A DNA stretch of 59,501 bases, filler included, from Sphacelaria rigidula (taxonomy: Eukaryota): assembly GCA_964200075.2 (NCBI GenBank). It is 7 parts of 7 records of this genome, joined end to end, with 100 filler letters (N's around TTAATTAATTAA, not from the genome) between each part and the next. Parts side by side here need not be neighbours in the genome. Positions count along the whole stretch, not along the records: positions 1 to 8,415 come from CAXNAA020011218.1; positions 8,516 to 16,930 come from CAXNAA020011219.1; 5 more parts are not named here. The stretch is one strand, 5' to 3'. Each line of letters starts with the position of its first letter. Positions within the stretch are counted from its first letter, which is position 1. Below are positions 1 through 12,700 of the stretch, one piece after another. The notes beneath the pieces were generated by a model. The model saw only the letters and a list, made by a program, of their open reading frames with translations, did no database searches and was not told the DNA's origin. Position numbers and translations under genes: made by a program.

Positions 1-633
1 GCTCCTCGATAAACAGGATCGGTCGAAGAGGGCGCCTACCAGGGCAGGGGATCTGGGTGGGTTGGGTTGGTACTCATTTGTTGCTTGCCTTAGTCATTTG
101 ACCATTGACCACGCATCCCTTTCGAGACGGAGCAATCTCACAGGGGGGGGGGGGGGCATAATTTCTGCGAGACGGGTTGCACTGTACTATGCTGTGCTGT
201 CTGCAGCATTAGTCACAAATACCTCACCTCCCGTATAGGCGAGTTCAGTATGCTCTGCTTCAGTGTGATCACATTTCGGTTCAGTGAGGCACCCTATACC
301 ACATTTGAGGCAACTTCTACGTCGATGGGTTTCAATTCTCCGACACAAAGCGGTCGCTGCGGGTGAATTCGACGATGTTTTTCTTTCACATTTTCGGGTC
401 TCGCTAAAACATGACCTAGAGGGCTGAATGAAGGTCACAACACATTCGACAAAGAAACAGATGACAAAAAATAGGGCGCACCACGAAAGCGAGATCGTGG
501 TCCGCTACTTTGTATCCGAGTTGTCGTTGTCATAACACAACAATCGTACGACACCAGTAAGAGCGGAACTTGACAGCGTTCCCCCGAACCAGTCAGCAAG
601 TACACATGAAAAAATCGCCCGTGAAAGCGATTG

Positions 634-634
<1 letters not shown>

Positions 635-671
<37 letters not shown>
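635..671. repeat. (TA)n microsatellite; others at ~8831, ~25357 and ~58662
   Basis: Direct reading. Confidence 0.9.
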
Positions 672-1111
672 CCGCACACAAACGCCACACAACATATTAC
701 GGTCATTGAGTAATCTCTACATGCAGCGACGAAACAACGCACCTGTCATCAGTGGACACGGTGAAGAGCAACACGCGGTGTTCGCATTGCTGTCAAAACC
801 TGTCGAACGAAATCATTTCTCAAAAGATGCTGTAAACATGCCACCAGTAGTTCACCACTAGGTAGGTATTTGACTTTAGTGTAGTGGAAATCCAGATCTT
901 TGAGGGGAACGCTGTGCTCCTGGCGTGCGCAGAACGCGTTTTTGTCTGTAAATCGGCGACTGGGGCACCGATTTGAGGTCTGGCAAAGTACACTTTGCCT
1001 AGGAAATACTTTGCACCCCCCTAGCCCGAGGGTTTTCGGTATGCCTTCGTTGGGCTTGGGGTCAGGGTTAGTGTTATTCGAAATCATAAATCTCCGAGAA
1101 ACTTCCGATAC

Positions 1112-1440
1112 CTGCCAAGTGGTGAACTAGCCTCCATACCACAGCCTTGTAGGTTGAACCTTCGTAAAGGAATGCATCCCAATACACGGGGACTAGACGG
1201 TTATGTCCAACCCTTGCTCCAGTATAGACTCGCATACAGGAATCGGGATAATGCACTGCTACCGACTCAAATATGAAACGCACCGTCTTGGCATCCTTCT
1301 TGTCATCTTCCACGGTAACTTTCCCACCAAGCCCCCCAGAGTTTCGGATATCGGCACCGTGTACGGCCCTCGCAGGGATTTTTCTTGGAACTTTTTGCGG
1401 ATCTTCGCACCATACTTTGCCTCCCTCGGCCATCGCCCAT
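1112..1440 (-). CDS. Possible exon or degenerate coding segment of unknown function
   Basis: CAG| acceptor and CAG|GTATCG donor inside ORF 1074-1502. Protein-like composition but no family recognised. Confidence 0.25.
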
Positions 1441-3494
1441 CTGCTGTTACAGTTTGGGTACCTGTCGCGCAGAGTGATACAAAAATGCACAGGGGCCAAC
1501 AATTACGCAGTTGGTTATCGACGTGAAGAGAAACGTTTTAGTCGCAAGAGATCTGAGAGATCTGAAGTTTAGCCTGTACTCATCACACCATTGCAGGCTG
1601 TTCAAATTGTTTCAACTTCGTTGCGTTTTGCGAACCACATGTCGCCTCAAGCGCACCGCGCCAGCGTGGCTGTCTTGTGCGCGAAACTTTCGTAGTCGGG
1701 AAACGTACTCATGCCCGTCATATGGTTTTCTGGGAAATATGTGCCCTCATGAACGCGGCGTCTGTGTGCGGGCTGAACATCAGGCTTACACGAAGTTGGC
1801 GAAAGAGCGGACTATCAGTGGTGAGAACAAGAGGACAGCATTAAGGATTAAACTACGCGGGGCACTGAACAACTGCGCCAACAGCTGAAAATGTCTCACC
1901 CGCCGAATGGGGGTGATCGAACACACGAGCAGAGGCGCGGCATTGTGGCGTCCTTCCGTTTTGACAAGAATCATCCATAGTTCGCCAGAAATTTACCTCA
2001 GCCAATCCGACACGCCTCTTCCGTTCCCATAGCAAGTGGGTGCGCAGTGTTTGTGAAAGCCAAAAAACAGCAGTGCCATAACGGTCCCTGCTTTCGTCTC
2101 GAAGGTTTTACAGGGACACAACGTTTCCCCCGGCCCTTTGTTGTCTACGACTGTATAAGTGGGGTTCTGCGCAAGACCTTTTCCCGAAGCCATGTGGTAG
2201 CTGGCCGGCCAGTCACATATTTTTTCCTTCGTCTACTCTGTTGTTCACCTCTTCTGTTTTTCTTCTTTTTTCTTCGGCGAGTGTTACAGTTTTGTTTTGT
2301 CTCGGGTACGTCATATTATGTGACTACGGCTACATCCGTGGGGGATGATACTCAGTGTGCGGCAACCAGACAATCGAATAATTGATCAAACGAAGCAGTG
2401 CACTCCCTAGAGCCGCCAAACAACTGTGGTCGGTCTTGGCCATGTACGGTCAGACTTGGAGCGTGGCTTACCATCGACGCTTTACACCAACGTATTCGAA
2501 GTTGAGGTGAAAAGTGCCTGACATGGGCAATGATGACACCTTTCAATGCTGGCGTGAAGAGTGCTAGAAATTACACATGTACAGACCTTCCTAATTCCCC
2601 ACATATCCACATACATCTTCACACCTGTCCCACACAATCATGAACATAGAGTATGGTCCAACCTCTGATTTCGCAAACCCAATATCCCGATACATGCTCA
2701 GCCATCGAAATCACCGCCGGACACGGCTCTAATGGCACGCACTGATCGATTGAGTGATGTTATCACACATTGATGTGGTTAGAATTGAGCCGCAGTTACA
2801 AACATAGATGCATCGAGGGTAAATAAGCGGAAATGCTCACTCAAGGATACTCAAAGAAGGGGAAAATATGAAAAAGAAAGAAGGACGAACAGGTTCAACT
2901 GAAGAACGAAAACAGAAACAAGAAGAAAGGAAAAGCGGCATAGAACAACAATAAGAAGGTTAGGCTAAGATCTAGCTCTCGTGCCAGCCCCAAAAACTAC
3001 CGGAGGCCTCTTTGGCACAGCTTCAGTGAGGGAGGCCGAATGCAAACAAAAAGACAAACTAAAATGGAAAAGACTGTGGAAGCAGCTTGTGACTGAGCTA
3101 TCTGGGATCGATGTCACTTTAATCATGTGTGTATGACGAATGAACGAGAGAGAAGGAAAATAAAAGAGTAGAAGATTGGGGAGAGACGAAAGGGACGGAA
3201 AGAAAACCAGGTAACCCAGAGACGAAGTACAATGTGTACAGAAACACAGCGAGGGAGCATCGCTAAGGTTACAACCAAAGGAAACTAGCAAAAACCCACA
3301 GTTTCCGTGATGCCCCCACCTCCCCCGTCAATTTCTGGTCAGGCGCCAAATAGGTCACTTTTTCAACCGTTCTTCCTTGGATTCCTCACCCACTACTGTA
3401 TTTGCTGTGCCAGTGGTAGCCGTTTTCCCATTGGTAGCTCTGAGAGCAACAGCCTCTTGCTTGTGGCGGTGATTTCCGACCCCAAACTTAGATA

Positions 3495-4790
3495 AACTGT
3501 GGTGATCAATCATATTCGGATCAGATCTGATCGATCTAGAACAAATATTCCGAGATATGTCCCGGCGGGTCGGCTCGCGCGCGCGTCTCGGAGCCCTACA
3601 TCGTGGCAAAGTGATTATCGACCGGCCGTTTCGACTCCCGGTGACGTTTGGGACCACGCCGGACCCGATGCGGCGAAGACCCGCGGTGACCAGGATTAGG
3701 GTTAGGGTTCTCGACGGCTAGGTCTGTCCAAGTCTGGGGCAAAAAATGAAAGTGTTCTGGCGACCTTCTGGCACGATCGCGGGCGCGACGGGAGCCGATT
3801 GGTTCCTGCTTCTGGAAGTCACACTTGATTTTCGAAGTCCGGCGGAATCTTCGTTTCGGACGTAACTCTTGACATTTGCCGCTGAATCAGGTATCAAACG
3901 ACGCGTCTCGACGAGAGCTTTCATTTGGTACCCAGTTTGTTAGAATCGGAGGTGTTGGCGGGAACTTAGGCCGGTTTGAGTGTATCGGTCATTGTTCAAG
4001 GCTGGTTCGAGAATTGTGGTCATTGCTCAGCACGAAAAAGCGCCGTTACTGTAGCCAAGTGACTAAATATGCAACTCTGAAGGCCAGTAATTAGGTTTGG
4101 GTTCATTGTCTTCAAGTCATTCGACCTGTGCCGCGCCGGCGGTGACGTGGTGATCTGCGGTCGATCTGGTGTCGGTCTGTGGGAGCGCCATCGTGTCCGA
4201 CTTAGAGTTAGTCGTCGACCTGAGGGTTTCAGAGCGCTACACTGCACTTACGTCAATTAATGGGATCTAAAGCGATCTAGATTAGTTTCGGACCTGACCT
4301 GTGCGATCTCTATCACTTTTCGGGTGATCTGAGGGCTCTGGATCAGGTCGCGCGCGCTATTATCTTGGTTGTAGAGGGGTACACTGTAGCCAGGTGATTG
4401 GCGACCCCATACTTAGATCAAGTGACGTGATGTGACGCGTTTCAAACCAAATTCGGATCTGATCTGTTCGATCTGGATCACTTTTCGGGTGATCTGCGCC
4501 CCGTCGCGTTCGTACGAGTATTAGAATGGTAAACTGTATCCATGTGATTTCAGACGTCATCCTTGTATCAAGTGTGGTGATCTGAAGCAATCTAGATCAT
4601 ATTCAGATCAGATCAGATTGATCTGGAACAATTTCTTCGAGATCTATCCCTGCGGGTCGGCTTGCGCGCGCATCTCGGATCCCAACACTGTGGCCAAGTG
4701 ATTATCGACCTGTCATTTCGACTCCCGCGACGTTTGGGGCCACGTCGGACCTGATGACGTACGTCGGACCTGATGACGTACGTCGGATTG
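3495..4790. repeat. Degenerate GATC-rich repeat region with a ~180-bp direct repeat (~3500-3675 and ~4575-4755) and diverged ~160-bp subunits
   Basis: ATCATATTC.GATCAGATC...GCGGGTCGGCT.GCGCGCGC.TCTCGGA...AAGTGATTATCGACC...TTTCGACTCCCG occurs twice. TCACTTTTCGGGTGATCTG occurs twice. Confidence 0.7.
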
Positions 4791-5520
4791 ACGTAGGTCT
4801 TCGCATCGACACGCCCTCTTGAATTCCTCCGCTTCTTTTTTGACCCAGGGTGCCATCTGCCCACGTTCTTTCCGCCAGTGACCCAATTTTGCAAGTCTCT
4901 GACGTTCATACCGTGAGACAAACCAGTACGTTCTCCCTTGGGTCAGACAGCTCCTGAGGCACGTAGGCTCTCACTTCAAGGGAGCCCTCCCAGTGTTTGA
5001 AAGGCCAGCCAGCCTCCTTGGGCCCTCGTATAGCCAACCGCCCGATTATGGTGCGCTTTAGGAGACGCTTCGTCCTGTCGACTTGGGGTCCCCGGGAATC
5101 ACAGTAGATGCTTGCGGTTGGTCGTCTCGATACGTTTGCACTTGGCAATCTCGAGCGCACGTTTTCACGAAAAGAGTCTCGTGTCCACTGCGACCCTTCT
5201 TGCTGGAGCCAACTCGTGCGAAAGGTTGTGGTGACCATAGCGCAAGCTTCCGAAGCTCTCTGGGCACAACATCAACCGAAACTGTTCAGTATAGCTTCCA
5301 CGACCTCCGCTCCCGTACTTGGAGAGCTGGGCGTTGAGCCTTTCGTAAAGCTACTAACTATCCATGCGGAGGCATGCCCACGCAGCGCTGGTGCGGCGCT
5401 CGCTTTTGACCGTATAATTGCATTCGCGCTAGCAGCACCGAGGTGGACAAAGTCAACCGTCTATTTATACCGTTGGCCTGCCGCCTTGGTGTTTTGGGCG
5501 GTTTCAGATGAGCTGGGTAC

Positions 5521-6110
5521 TTGGAGTAAACGTCCCTATTATGGAACAGTACCAAGTAAGGAACCCTCTTTGTGAATCGTCCATAACTCCGCGAAATATT
5601 GATCGTGTTCCATTGTGTTTTTTGCTTCGTGCGCACAAGAGCACGACGATTCTTTTGAGCCACCGCACGTGCCCACAGCATCAGAAGAGACTATCCCACA
5701 GCACTGCGAATAAGCGCGTGTGTGCCTTTCTCCAAAGGCAGAGTTTTGGTCGATCGGCTGCTAAGCATGCAGAGAGCAAGGGTGGACCCAGAACGTGCAG
5801 CAGAGGCCGTAGAAGCGGCACGCAGCGGTCGCATGACCTTCTGTGCTGCTGCAAAGACCCTTGACATCTCCGTTGGCTCGCTGCAGAAGCGCGTCAGTGA
5901 TAGCGTGGGCATAGCTGGCAGGGTTGACCTAGGTACTGTACTGTCGGTGGAGGAAGAAAATTCCATCGAAGATAATATGCGGAAATTTGCCGCAGCTTGT
6001 CAACGGGCCTGAATAGAGATGGCCTGAAAGAGGCGGTTATGGCACTCTGCAGCGACAACCGACCGGTGCCACAGGACCCGACAGTAGGCTAGGGTCGAAA
6101 ACGGCTCGAC
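5521..6110 (+). pseudogene. pogo/Fot1-type (Tc1/mariner superfamily) transposase remnant: HTH-psq/CENP-B N-terminal domain
   Basis: From ATG 5767: AAEAVEAARSGRMTFCAAAKTLDISVGSLQKRVS...GTVLSVEEENSI, an HTH_psq-like pattern, followed by a frameshift. An upstream TIR-like GGAGTAAACGTCCCTATTATGGAACAGT lies at ~5523. Confidence 0.7.
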
Positions 6111-6593
6111 TTATTTCTTCGGAGGCACCCGCGGCTAGGTGAGCGCAGCAACCGCATCTACAAGGCCGACAGGGTGGTGCGATACACCTTTGTGTGGGTA
6201 GGGACTGCACCAAAGGTTTCGCATGGCACTGCCCGCCAAGGCGGTGGCGATGCCCATCATGTCTTTTTCCTGCGCCCATACAAGGTGTCAGATGTCATCA
6301 GCGCCCGAGGAACGGTTCCCTCACGATTGTGAGTGGCGCAGGCGCACAGGTAGAGCACGCCATTGGTTATTAGCTCGCACGGAACATAGGTGTCAGATAC
6401 ATAGACTCACAGTTTTTTCTCCGCCGCTTCCTTTTCTTTTTCCCGCTTGCCTACGGTGACACATCGCTCGAAATCTCTGAGGGCAGCAGTTGGGTTCCCC
6501 TCCTGATCATAGAACGTTCCAGCGAGCACGCCCCTTCGCTTGTACTTGTTGGTGTCACCTTTGTAGAACCCTAGCCAGTCCTGACAAAAGTCA

Positions 6594-6602
6594 CAACAAC
6601 GA

Positions 6603-6633
<31 letters not shown>

Positions 6634-6645
6634 CAAAACGACGAC
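6594..6645. repeat. (GAC)n microsatellite
   Basis: Run of GAC triplets. Confidence 0.9.
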
Positions 6646-7914
6646 CAAACCATCAACCACAACAGCAACGAAGCGTGAGAGCCGCATCAAGCCACAACAA
6701 CCGAACAACACGTGGAGGTTAAACCAGTATACACTCCAGTTACTTGACTACACGAAGACATATAGCAGATATAAAGCTACCTCACCACAGCTTAGATGGG
6801 CCGATTCCACACCCTGTCCCGCTAGTATAACAAACAGACGCCAAGAGGCCATCCAACATCCAAAGTGAAATCGATTCTACTCGTATATTATGCACGAGAA
6901 ATGGTCTCCTGAATGGTGGCGCGGTGCGTTTTGAAGCCGACAGTGAAACTTCAATACGAGCATGCTCTGCCAGAAAATCAGGCTCACCTTAATTCCTAGG
7001 CACTGTGATGGTTCCAACCCGGTCACATCATCTGTAAGTCCCGCCTGCACAAAGGGTAACGGTAGAACTGTTTTGAAAACGGTATCATAGAACTCGTCGG
7101 TGACTACTTCGAGCGCTGACAAATCAAGTCAAAGATCCTTCGTTGCCCCAAGCATCTATCTGCATCTTTGAGCGCCGCTGATTGTTACCCGCATGTTGCC
7201 GTAGTGTCCAGGAAATCGCGATTCGGCAGCGCCTTAAGCGAGCTGCTCTCCCACGTAACAGAAACGTTACGGTCAATGCTTGATGCCGCTATGCGAGATT
7301 CGATCCGAATGCGTAGTTTGATCGTTTATAGTGCATACGGGGTCTACTCTCAATATCAAAATGGATCCATCTCGTTTATTTTAGATTCATGGTAGCATAT
7401 GCTTCGACAAAAAGCAGGATACGATTCGAAGCCCTAAACTTTCGTCGGCCATGGAACGCAACATGCATGTCAACATTTGGGGCTATCTTGCGTTTAAAAA
7501 AATTCCTGCAGGGAGCGAAGATGTGAGGCCTCACTGATTTCGCTCGCTGTTATGAGGCTTAGATCCGGGTGAATTTTCAAAAGCACCCCGAGAAACTGAG
7601 ATGGACGCCACGAACCACAACAAAAATCACCCCGACCTCGAAGTTCTTCACACACTGATCACGAGATACGCGGCGCGCGACAAAACGCTTGATAGCACGC
7701 AGCGTAGCTATCAATCAGCCGTTCGACTGCGTGTTCGATTGTGTTCCAATCGACCGTGACTCAAAGCGGCGTTGCCTGTTTTCGGACACCTGCGTCAGTC
7801 AAAACTGGCGGTTTCGTAAGAAAAGGAACCACGCATATTACTGTTGCTCGCTCAACATTGTACCGTAGGTAAGGAACCGTACCGAGCGTAACTCCGGTAT
7901 TTACCGGGGTATCC

Positions 7915-8345
7915 CACACCATGGTATGCGGAGGTATCGTAGGTATGACATTTCAAAATACCGGATTGGGCCGGTACGGTAGGTATTGAAATCTCGAAAT
8001 ACCGTGGTATCGTAGGTATCGTAGGTGTGAATTTTGAAAATACCGGATTGGGTGGGTACGGTAGGTATTGCAATCTCGAAATACCGTGGTATCGCAGGTA
8101 TCGTAGGTATGAGTTTTGAAGATGCCGGAGTTGGCAAGTACGGTAGGTATTGAAATCTCGAAATACCGTGGTATCGCAGGTATCGTAGGTATGAGTTTTG
8201 AAAATGCCGGAGTTGGCAAGTACGGTAGGTATTGAAATCTCGAAATACCGTGGTATCATAGGTATTGTAGGTATGATCTTCGAAAATTCCCGATTGGGTC
8301 AGTATCGGTAGGGTATGAGATGTCCCAAATACCGGTACCGGGTAT
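7915..8345. repeat. 82-bp tandem repeat (~5 units) built of GGTAT/ATACC motifs, probably the interior of a non-autonomous TE
   Basis: TACGGTAGGTATTG recurs at 7975, 8057, 8139 and 8221. Confidence 0.9.
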
Positions 8346-8415
8346 CTTCCTTACCCTCTATACCGAATTCAAAACTGTCATCTGGCAGTGCGAAGCGTTT
8401 CAGATCTGGGTGCAA

Positions 8416-8515
8416 NNNNNNNNNNNNNNNNNNNNNNNNNNNNNNNNNNNNNNNNNNNNTTAATTAATTAANNNNNNNNNNNNNNNNNNNNNNNNNNNNN
8501 NNNNNNNNNNNNNNN
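8416..8515. other. Artificial scaffold linker (N44-TTAATTAATTAA-N44); same linker at 16931-17030, 25446-25545, 33961-34060, 42475-42574, 50989-51088
   Basis: Six identical 100-bp spacers with a six-frame stop core. They separate pieces of 8415, 8415, 8415, 8415, 8414, 8414 and 8413 bp, i.e. length-sorted contigs. Confidence 0.98.
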
Positions 8516-9399
8516 CTCAATCGTATCATCTACACTCTCAATCTCACGAAAACACTGTTTCATGCGTCCCTGACTCACACGTTGAAATTGCAAAGAAATA
8601 CATAGTACGTTATTGATGTACGATAATCAGATAGTAGTGAGATACCAAGATTCGCGCAGGCCATGATGTACACATACGAACGCATGTACTACAGATCATA
8701 GATACATACGTTAGTGATACCTGGTAGTCGGTTGGCATTTTGTAGGACACGCAACACATAGCAATCGAGTTCTCTATTGTTATAATTATTTGCTCTCTCA
8801 GCAGGGCGTGTATGCAGAAGATCTATTTTCTATATATATATATATATATGTTGTATAATACACACGAACTGATGATCCGGTACGAATCCCGCCGTGTTCG
8901 CGGGGCGGACATCATGAAGGTAGAAATACATCATGACTCAGTGTGCCAAGAATAGAGACAAAAACTTACACAAAACCGTTCGAACAGAGACGGACGGCAG
9001 AAAAACAGAAAAACAAAACAACCCCAACATAAGAAAACAAAGCGAAATCAACGAAATAAAGAACAGAACTACAGAACAGCAGTGGGGCCACCGAATTTGT
9101 CCACGAGCTCACAAGCTCGTGTCACCCTTCGCACCTCTTCAAAGGCACAAGGTCTCTGATTACTTCGTGGTCCATATTTTGATACTGGTGACACCAATAA
9201 GTGAAGCGCAGCAACTCAAAATAATGCACACTATGGTTGGGTGTGGTGTGGCGGTGCATGCTGCCGTGGCGCTGAACTTGCGCTCACATCGCGTGCGTAT
9301 AATGATGGCGTATGCACACTCTTCTTGAACCCATGTATCATATTATGCGAGTATCACATATGCTGATCTTACACTAATTGTGGTACAAGTTGAGCGTGT

Positions 9400-9730
9400 G
9401 ACGATCGTGACGTTCGTTCAGACGTCACACACGTGTAATAATGTGACGTGTAACGTATTTGTAACGTGTAACGTATAAAATACGTTATACGTTACGGGAA
9501 ACGTTTCAAAATACGTTACTGTGACGTATAAAAAATATACGTCACGTCACGTCACATTTGTGACGTATTGAAAAAATAAACGTCACGTCACGTCACATTT
9601 TTCCAACGTTACGTTACCTTACGTCACATTTATGACGTATTCGAAAACCATACGTTACGTTACGTCACACCCTTGTGACGTACGTTTGTGACGTGTAGCC
9701 TACGTGTAACGTGTAACGTAAAGAGCCCTG
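9400..9730. repeat. CGTCA/CGTTA-rich subterminal-repeat region ending in a hAT-like terminus (AGAGCCCTG)
   Basis: Dense TGACGT/TAACGT motifs in both orientations. Confidence 0.6.
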
Positions 9731-12700
9731 AAAAAGTCGGGATTCGTTTGCCATAAAAGTGGGTCTAACAAGCGGCCTGAGACCATCTTTTATGGTAACA
9801 AATATCGATTTATTTGCACAAGAATAAGGATTTCAGTCCGTGTACTACAGGTGATTTTCTCCTGTGGATTTATTTTTCGGACCCCAGTCCGTTAAGCGAT
9901 GTTTTTCATTGAGCTGTGAGACTACCCGATCAATTCTCCGATTCTCTGGACGTTCAATTTCGGTTTATCACGTTCCTGCTCAAATCGGGACAATTCCGCA
10001 TCTCCCTGGATTTTTTCCCAACTGTTTTCAAGAATCGGGGGAGATAGGGGAGTTTCCCGATTCGAGCGGGAAGGTGATGTCTCAAAAGTCAGCGTCCAGA
10101 GAATCGGAGCGTTGATCTGGTTTTCTCACAACTAGCCGAAAAACATTGCACAACGGACTGGAGTTCGAAAAATCAATCCGCGGGAGATAATCGCCGGGAA
10201 ACGGACCAAAATCCTCACATTTGTGCGAATCGAGATTCGTTGCTATCATAGATGATGAGAGTGATTTCGGGAGAGATGAGAATCTATCATCAATTCATCA
10301 GGCGGGGTCTTATCGGAAGTGATTGCCCCCACAACGACCAGTGCTGCGTTTTACGTATCGACAAGCAGTTTTGTCCAGATCGAAGCCCAGATCTGCACAC
10401 AGGTAAAAATGCGGCGGTTCTGGAAGTGGCGGTCATTCTAATATGTCTGTACTGCTGCGGACAAGGCGCAACGAGGTAACATAGCGCCGACACACCAAGC
10501 CACGAAAACCGACGCAAATACACCCACCACTCACGCGCATTAGTTCAAGCGCTAGCCTTTCATCATCTACACCCGACAGCCTTTGTTTGACGGAAATCCG
10601 TCCAGTATTGGATGAGAGGCGGCCGCGTGCGTGTCAAATAGCAATCGAAAACCTGCTGTTGCTGACTGTTTTTGAGCGTGTGCTATGCGCGTCTCACGCA
10701 AATCATCATTTCTCACTGAATTCTAAACCGATTTGAGCAATGTCACGCACAGCATGCCCAGCTGACCAGCAGCAATGAATGGAGCGGTGTGTTTTGGTTT
10801 GGGAGGGCAATGCGATCCTCAGGTTCGCGTTTGATTGTGTTGATGTCTGTCAAGCCTTCGGTTTTGCCCCTGTCAACGGGATGTTGATGATCTTGTTCGA
10901 GGTGTCACAAATTCACTTTTGCAAAAGTGATTTCATTCAGAAGTCACAAGTGTTTTTTTACTTCCTGAAATCACTTGTGCGAAAGTGATTTTTGGGCCTT
11001 TTTTGGGGGGGGGGGAGGGGGGGGTATCGCACCAACCAATCATCGGCCGTTTTTTACCAAAGTTTTTATTTGAAAAGTGATGATCACTTCTGATGAGACA
11101 CCGCCTCAACTCACAACCCATCGGAATCACAAAAAAGAAATTAACCTCACTCGCGACAATCACCGTCAATGTCACGTCGCGTATCCGCATTATTTCTGGA
11201 CTCGACAACACGGGCCCTAAACGCGGTCCACTTCAAAAAGGCGACACATACCTGCTGTATAGATGGGTCCGTTCCGCTGTCCAAAAAAAGTCAGCTACCG
11301 GCTTCCCTGCCTGTACCCGTGCGCTCCTGCCCTCTCGGAAGCAAAATGGCGTGGAGTGGCGGACGACTACTGCCTGAGGAATGACATTTGTCGAGAGGGG
11401 GGGGGAAGTTTTCACCCGATTGCATCGTGTCGTGGTACGTGGTCAAGGAACGACCAGCGCGGCCAGTTGGAAACACACGAGCGGGTGTGACCAGTGCGTC
11501 TTCTTCCCGACCGACTAAATTTGGGTTTTTTACCCGTATCCCACTTTTATGGCAGGCACGGATCTCGATTTTTTACAACTTTTTTCAAAATCGGGGGGGG
11601 CGGGGCAATCGGGGAACTCATTCGATGATCACGGATCTGGATCGAGTCAGGGACGAAAAAATCGGGGGGAGAACACAATCCCGGATCGATTTCCCCCGAT
11701 TTTTCGGCCCGAAAAATCGAAAAATCGAGGGAGATCGTTCCGAGATCGTGACCCCTCCCGATTTTTTTTAAGTGACTCACGTACATTGAGGTGTCATTCT
11801 AGAGTACTAGGCGTTTGATATTTTTGCAACGGCAGCAGAAGACAGTCTCGTTACAACACAAGGCGTGCCCACTGCCCGCTCCAGCTGCTGAAGCAACTTC
11901 GCACGGGGTTTGACGAGCAGATAGTAAGAGCTAACGCTGTACCCTGCGGCGATGATAATATTTTATGCTGCGCTGCGCTGCCATATGCATCACTATAACG
12001 AACGCTACTGTACTTACTCTCCTACAACGGTAGTAGCTCTTGTCGGTGTACTTGAGGGGTGATGCACGGCACTGCACTGCTGAACTCTGCTCGCGCACTG
12101 TTTGTTCTCTGTTCTCACAATACCGGCTGTGCCATCATGTACTACCACACGGTATTATCATGTGCTGTACTGATGTATTGTCCTGCACACTATCACCCTA
12201 GGATATCAAGGTACAACACTGTACTCGAAGGATTGTTTATTGCCTGCCTGCTCTTCTCCTTCATGCACAAGTACGGAGTACCACACTGATGCAGAAAATT
12301 ACCGTCTGTGTACAGGACAGTTTCACAAATCTGTGATACTGTTCGTACCGTCTGTGCCATGAAACGATTCCTCCGATTTTGCGTTCACGATTTTGAGTCC
12401 CCGCGAATTTGTCAAAATCGGGGTCCCAAAAAAATCCTGGTGCGTTTCAATAAAAGTGGGTCTCAGTAGTGGCGCGTGGCTCACGTGCCCTTCGTGGGGC
12501 GCATGGCTTGTCACTGCGAGTAGAGGGCCATCGACACGTTTTTTTCGGAGATCGCCAAGATTTTTGGCGTTTTCGCATGTGGTGCTTGGCGTTCTCCGAA
12601 AATGAAGCGGGTAGATTTTTCCGCCAAGCCTTTACCAGATGGTCGGAAAAAAATGGTTGACACGAATAATGAGGTGCCTGGCAACAGACGTCGGCATAAT

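Noticed and set aside
7852-8259. Repetitive ORFs in three frames
   Set aside because: Products of the 82-bp non-coding tandem repeat, whose period is not a multiple of 3.
8460-8471. Recurrent TTAATTAATTAA palindrome with ~8.5-kb periodicity
   Set aside because: Artificial linker between length-sorted contigs.
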